Assembly (NCBI GenBank): GCA_963693365.1
Contig: CAVNZM010000006.1
Span: 4,753,264 to 4,817,263, forward strand
DNA from: Amoebidium appalachense
Taxonomy: Eukaryota > Protista > Ichthyosporea
Length of the DNA: 64,000 bases
Reading direction: 5' to 3'
In this document: positions 42,205 to 64,000 of the stretch, in pieces
How the letters are laid out: every line of letters starts with the position of its first letter
How positions within the stretch are numbered: position 1 is the first letter of the stretch
Program-made: the position numbers and the translations under genes
The notes under the pieces: model-generated
Seen by the model: only the letters and a program-made list of their open reading frames with translations
What the model was told of the DNA's origin: nothing
Databases searched by the model: none

Positions 42205-43201
42205 ACGAGTCAAGGTGCGCTTGGCCTCGGTTGGTGCACGTTTCATGGAAAGTTTCTTACCCTTCGCGAATTGAAACTGAATCGTGGGAAGGTGAGTGCT
42301 ATATTCCCCTGTGCTTGCAAGAGCCCAATTCACCGGCCATTGCAGTGTTTTTTTTTTTTTTTTTTTTTTTTTTTGCGTTGCACGCCAGTGCGAGCTCCAG
42401 GTTATAATAATTTTGCAATTGCTGCATACAGTGGTGCGCAGCAGCCACGGGAAAACATATTGGAAAATTGAAACGGTGGTATTGGATTATATATTATATG
42501 ATGGATCTTCTGTTTGCATGTATGTGGGCATTTATTTCTGTTTTGCAGATGGCCATGCCTTCTTTTTTATCCGTGCAACAATGTATGACTGTGGTGTCCC
42601 TATGTAATAGATAGGGACAGCGAGGAATCTCGTTAATCCATTCATGCATGTTACATGCACGCTTGTGCGCACACACACACCGTCATACAAAACACACACA
42701 CCATTACGCATATGCAGACACCTAAACACTGCGGCAGTGATTGTGCACACACAATAACTTCAGTCACCGTTTGTAATTGGGCTTACACACACAAACCAGC
42801 CTAACACCGTGTAGACAGTGTGGAACACAATCAACTACATCCGGTAGGGGGTTTGTGTGGGTGTGTGTCTGCGGAAGGGCGGGTGGTGGGGGCGGGGGTG
42901 TTCAATGATGGTGAGTGTGCTTGGGGCAGTTTATGGCATGTTACACCCTGCCAATCTGAGTGGTGCTGAGTTTCTGGAATTCGATGAACAAGACATTACA
43001 ACTTAGCATTTTGTGAGCTCTGGAGTTGAGCTCTGCAGATTTTTATTATGGTTCCATTAGCGCCCTCTATCGAATCACACCTTGTCCCCTTCACACTCCT
43101 TGAAGCGCATTACAACTAAATGGATGTTTAAATGTTTGTTCTAGCACTCTCTCTACACAGAAAGATTCGATCCCATTGAGATTGCAAATTGAGTATCGAA
43201 G

Positions 43202-59275
<16,074 letters not shown>

Positions 59276-60039
59276 TTTGGATGCCCCAAATAGCCACTTG
59301 TAGCTAAATTTTTAACTTTCATTATATATTTTTCTACTATCCGGTGAGAAGTGTGATGGAAAGCCAGGTGAGAACACTGCATATGCCAGATGTGCTGTTG
59401 CGGATTTTCAATACCGGACGTTTTCTTTTAAGTAGTTTTTTTTTTTTTTTTTTTTTTTTTTGGTTGGGGGGAGGGGGGGTTACACGGATAACAGTAACGT
59501 AGTATTAGTGAGATGAAAATAACTGGATGGTATATTCATAACTATACATAGTTATAGGCTATTTGAATACTAACAAGTGAAATCGGTAATTAAAACTTTA
59601 ATTTTTATAGTTTTTAACTTGCATACGAATTTGCCTGTCGCTTAAGGCACCTTAAGAAGATAGTGTGGTATTTATAAGAAATGCATTAGGAATGAAGTCA
59701 TTTCATAGCTGGTAGAAATTTTGTGCGCCTACCAAAAATATTTATAAAACAAACAAAAAGGTAGGAATACTCATAAATGCAAGAATTTCCACAGGGAACT
59801 GCCAAGTGGTCTATTCCGTCAGATAAACCTGTAGACACAGGCTACTCAAAAATATACCAAATATTTATCATATATCTCATGAAGATGATAACTACAATAC
59901 CGCCACTGTGCACGTGTATCGCGTGGATATGTGTGCGAAACAGATCGGGGGGAGGTGGCCGGGTCGTGGTGGTTACTTTGGAAGGGGGGAAGTGTTCGGG
60001 GGGACCCGGGGGAGGAGAGAAGGAACACATGATATGCGT

Positions 60040-60101
<62 letters not shown>

Positions 60102-60208
60102 ACACCCACCCACCCACCCACCTCCTCCCCTTCTCCTCTTTCGAGGTTCTTATCCGGAGTGATATTATCATGGGAGGACTGGTGTGGCATGGCTTTTTTT
60201 TTTTTTTT

Positions 60209-60239
<31 letters not shown>

Positions 60240-60240
60240 G

Positions 60241-60271
<31 letters not shown>

Positions 60272-60743
60272 AGGAGAGGGGGGGGGGAGGGGGAGGGGGG
60301 GGGAGGGGGGGGGGGAGGAAGGGGGGGGGGGGGAGGGGGGGGGGGGGGGGGGGAAGGGAGGGAGCGGGAGGAGGGATGGGAGAATATACACATGCATATT
60401 GTATACAATATGCACACGTACAGCCATGTGCATGCAGTAAGTAAATATCAAAAATGTGTCTGCAGCTGGTAGTAGCACCTGAAATTCAGAAGCCTTGTTT
60501 GGTTCTGCAGCTAAAATATTAAAACCCTCCAAAAAGTAGGAATATTATGAAACAATAAAAGAAAGTAAGAATTAAAGCCTGTTCAAGTGGGTTTTGGTTT
60601 GGAAAAGGTGCCGACATCACACACGTGTACACGTACGTCACACACGTGGATATGTCACACACACATACACACGCACATGTGCACACACACACAGTGTCAC
60701 ACACGCACACCGTAACACACGCACGCACGCACGCACACACACA

Positions 60744-60816
<73 letters not shown>

Positions 60817-61211
60817 ACACACAGTGACACACCACCGACTATGGGCCACGGCCCTCTGAACAGCAGAGGGCATGGTCACAACCAATCAGGTACGTGTCTA
60901 AACATAGCGCTCAATCAAATGCCTGGCAAGATGTAGTCATGATCCGGCTATCAAACAATCTTAATCATATAAAACATAAGTTAGTTGGTTCTTTAAAGCT
61001 TAAAAATCCATATAGACAATATCATTGGTCGCTAAGCATCATTCTATTGCCAACGGCAACACACTGCCGCCCTATATAAAGCCGATCCACATATGCATTC
61101 ATTTCTCCCTCGCCGGCGTCAAGAACAGGAGTGGCAGGCATGCCATGGGCCGGATTTGGTTGCCGGTCCTCCTATAAAGAGCACCGCTCAAGAAACCACT
61201 GGACGGCTATA

Positions 61212-61752
61212 CCGTACCCAAATACCCAAACCCAAACCTAGATTTTAAACCCAGATGTCACGCATGCGGCATGACCGCCACTTCTCATCACGCCTATTAA
61301 TAAATAATAAAGTATACTATAATAAAGCATTATAAAGGATATGGATATTTATGTTGCGTAATATAAAAATATTTTAAGCCGAAAATGTACCAGAAATTTA
61401 CTTAAAGCCTTAGTTCTTGGCGTTTTCTTGCTTCTTCTTGTTGTCACCTGAAGATTTGGGTTTGGGTTTGGGAATCTAGAAGACCCCCCTCCCCCCCCCC
61501 CCCCCCCCCCCCCCCTCTAGATTCCTATCTCAAACCCAGATTTTGAACCGTGAACCCAAATTACCTGCCATATTTGGAAAAGATGTGCTATCAAAGAGGC
61601 GTTTTTCTAAGTCATATAATATTCAGGTGCTCGATGGTGATCTCTGGCATATCCGACCACGCGATGATTGGTAGCAGATAGAAACGCAATATTTCGCTAT
61701 CCAATAGACCGTCAATACTAATCTGGATTTGGGTTTGGGTATTTGGGCGGGG
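61212..61752. mobile_element. Probable MITE of about 540 bp with imperfect TIRs and TA flanks
   Basis: Left end TA|CCGTACCCAAATACCCAAACCCAAACCTAGATT; the right end reverse-complements to TA|CCCCGCCCAAATACCCAAACCCAAATCCAGATT. No coding capacity. Confidence 0.7.
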
Positions 61753-62567
61753 TATACATAGTCGCCCACTCCCTCCTACCCGTCTCCTATGGCCACGGGC
61801 TCCGGCAAGTGGCAGGCAGCGGCAGCGATGGCACAGCAAGCGGACGGCGCTGTGCATCTCCCGAAGGTTGTGGTGCTAGTTTAGTTTAATTTCAAATGAA
61901 ATGGAACACACGTGCGACTTTGCGAGTATTACAAGTTCTGCTAGAATCTTTACTGGCTATACCAGATACCTTTTTAGTTTTGTAAGTCATAGTGGGTGTT
62001 TCTAGATGGCCGTGGTCATAGTGTAACTTGACTATCTCGAATCTTCAAAGTTGGTACAGAAGTAACTACGTGACTCAAACTGACCACACGTTAAGTTCAA
62101 GTTAATGAGCATAGGTAGGGAAGGATTTTACAATAAACGGTATATACCGTCCTTACACGTGTCTGGAGCCGTCTGCAAGCATACTTACTCGACCTGCCTT
62201 CTCTTGATCTGCCCCGTATGAATTTCCTCAACCACCCTCCTAAACTCCCCTTTCCCCGTCTCTTTGTGTGGAATTCCTATCCCCATTCTTCTCCTTCCAA
62301 ATTCTGCTGCACTTGTGTTGTGCCGTTGTCACTTTGAACTTCGTATTCTTCGAATCGTAATTAACACACTCTACAGCCCATCCCTGTGTTTTATCTGTCA
62401 TATATGTAATCATCGTTAAATGTGTATGTCACTTTGTATGACGTAACACATCCCCCCCCCCCCCCCCCCCCCCCCCCCTTCCCCCCAACCCCTTTTACAA
62501 GCTGCCCCTCCCCTGCGGCCTACGTGCACAAACCCTTCTCACCATAACATTCTCTTTGCAAGACCTG

Positions 62568-63783
62568 TTAGCCCCAAGCCCGGGCACAATCAGGAAATTG
62601 AACCGTGCAGTTGCCCCTGTAGTATTTCACATACCGGCATCTAAATCTCTTCACCTGCACCCACGCCGCACAAAGACAGACCAAGGCAACAAGGATACAG
62701 TATGACATGTGTTTCGATCGTGCTCTAATCACACACACACGTACACACACGCATGCACACACACATCTGCACGCTCGCGCGCACGCGTATGGGCACACAG
62801 AACCGACGTTACACTGTGCTTTTGGATGCAGGGGAGTTTGCCAATATCGTTACGGGTATATGTAAAAGAATGTTTGACTTACCTGATGACCGCACCCTAC
62901 AGCAGTAAATCTCTGTAACATGACCGACTGGTAGGTTTTGTTTGTCAGATGATAAAAAATAAAGGTAAAAAAAGGCACCTTGAGTAGCTTTAGTGGGAAA
63001 AGTGGGTCAGCCAGTTTAACAAGTACTTTTTAGCCCTTACTAAATTAAATGATGTTATGTTCAAGTAATGATGTATGTAGTCGTGTATATGTTCAACTTA
63101 GTAAAGGTGTAATAAGTGACATTCAAAAGACTGTGTTGATTGCCTTGGGGATGGGGAGAGTATACGATTTAAAGGTGGTGTAGAGAATCCTCAATAGGGA
63201 AAAGTGATGGCATCCTTGTAGGGTTGTCCACAGACCGGGTTGAGGAAAACCGATATCATCATGTGCGTAATTCCGACCCCATTCTTCCGAAATTCGTCGT
63301 CGACAACTACAAGCACTTCCCTGTGAATGTCCCCATTATCGTTTGCGTTTACCGCACAGGGGCTCCGATCGATAGCTAGGGGGGAGGGAGCCTTGATCTC
63401 GAGGGGGATGGGTGGGTGGGGTGGAGTGGGGAAGCAATGCCAATAATAGCTGTAAGTGGAGCGCAGGTCGCTCCCCTCCGACGGATAGGGGAAAGGGCTT
63501 GAGGGGGGGAAGGGGGGGGGGAAGGGGGGAGGGTTTGGGAGGACGGGAGGTGCCACAGGGGATTCAAGAAGTGGCGGCGGGGGGGGGGGGGGGGGGGGGG
63601 GGGAAGGGGGAGGGGGGGGGGGGAGGGGAGGGGAGGGGGGGGGGGGGGGGGGACGGGGAGGAGGAAAGGGGTAAGTTGGAATGTCCTTTAGAGATTTACC
63701 GTATGGCCCTCCCAGTAGTGAGAATAATGCAGTTGCTTGACAGACATTCCCTCTCTTTCACCTTGCTGTGTGCCCTAGTGGGC
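62568..63783 (-). CDS. 3' exons of a gene entering from the right; probable divergent CAP/SCP-domain protein
   Basis: Phase-consistent exons 63783-63700, 63320-63236, 62912-62883 and 62654-62568 give ..RECLSSN..GRAIREVLVVVDDE..THMMISVFLNPRFTAVGCGHQVKRFRC... 'FLNPRFTAVGCG' resembles the CAP family 'ILNP.F..VG.G' motif. Reading through the 63236 donor instead would stop at 63191. Confidence 0.5.
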
Positions 63784-64000
63784 CTGTAACTGCAGATTGC
63801 TCCCTGACTTTCTTTTTATAGGGCAACCTAGTCCCAATCAGCGTATAGGTTGTTTATGATGATAAGAGCCACTCTTTCGCTTGTGTCGGTCGTCCTGCAA
63901 ACCAGTTGCAACACAGTTGCATACACCAAACCAGCGACTGTAGCTTTCAAACGGTTGTGGCAACAATACCCCTCACACACGAGGCTAATGTGCATGTGGG

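Noticed and set aside
61455-61475. Interstitial telomere (TTTGGG)n
   Set aside because: Only 2-3 units, in both orientations; better explained as MITE sub-repeats.
63270-63320. GNAT acetyl-CoA motif in VDDEFRKNGVG
   Set aside because: The following sequence does not fit a GNAT fold, and the spliced CAP-like reading explains the region better.

Overview
Eukaryotic, intron-rich genomic DNA saturated with simple sequence repeats: poly-C/G, (CA)n, (CT)n, (GCGT)n and (ACAT)n. Almost every long ORF in the supplied track is a repeat artefact. Splicing by hand across GT..AG introns with phase-consistent exons gives three complete genes and two partial ones. These are a KLHDC10-like kelch gene (- strand, runs off the left edge), a 20-exon secreted M13 (neprilysin-family) peptidase with an extra Cys-rich N-terminal region (-), a 13-exon GH47 alpha-1,2-mannosidase (+), an 18-exon DUF389 membrane protein (+), and the 3' end of a probable CAP/SCP-domain gene (-). 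The window also holds a decayed non-LTR retrotransposon and two TA-flanked MITEs. Gene content and intron style suggest a unicellular opisthokont/holozoan (ichthyosporean-like); this is an inference. The most unusual signal is the intron architecture. About a fifth of the 3' splice sites sit directly on U-free (CA)n tracts, and one on an A-rich tract, with no polypyrimidine tract or visible branch point. Weak donors are often followed at once by poly-C. Introns also contain orphan exon fragments and duplicated splice junctions embedded among the repeats.
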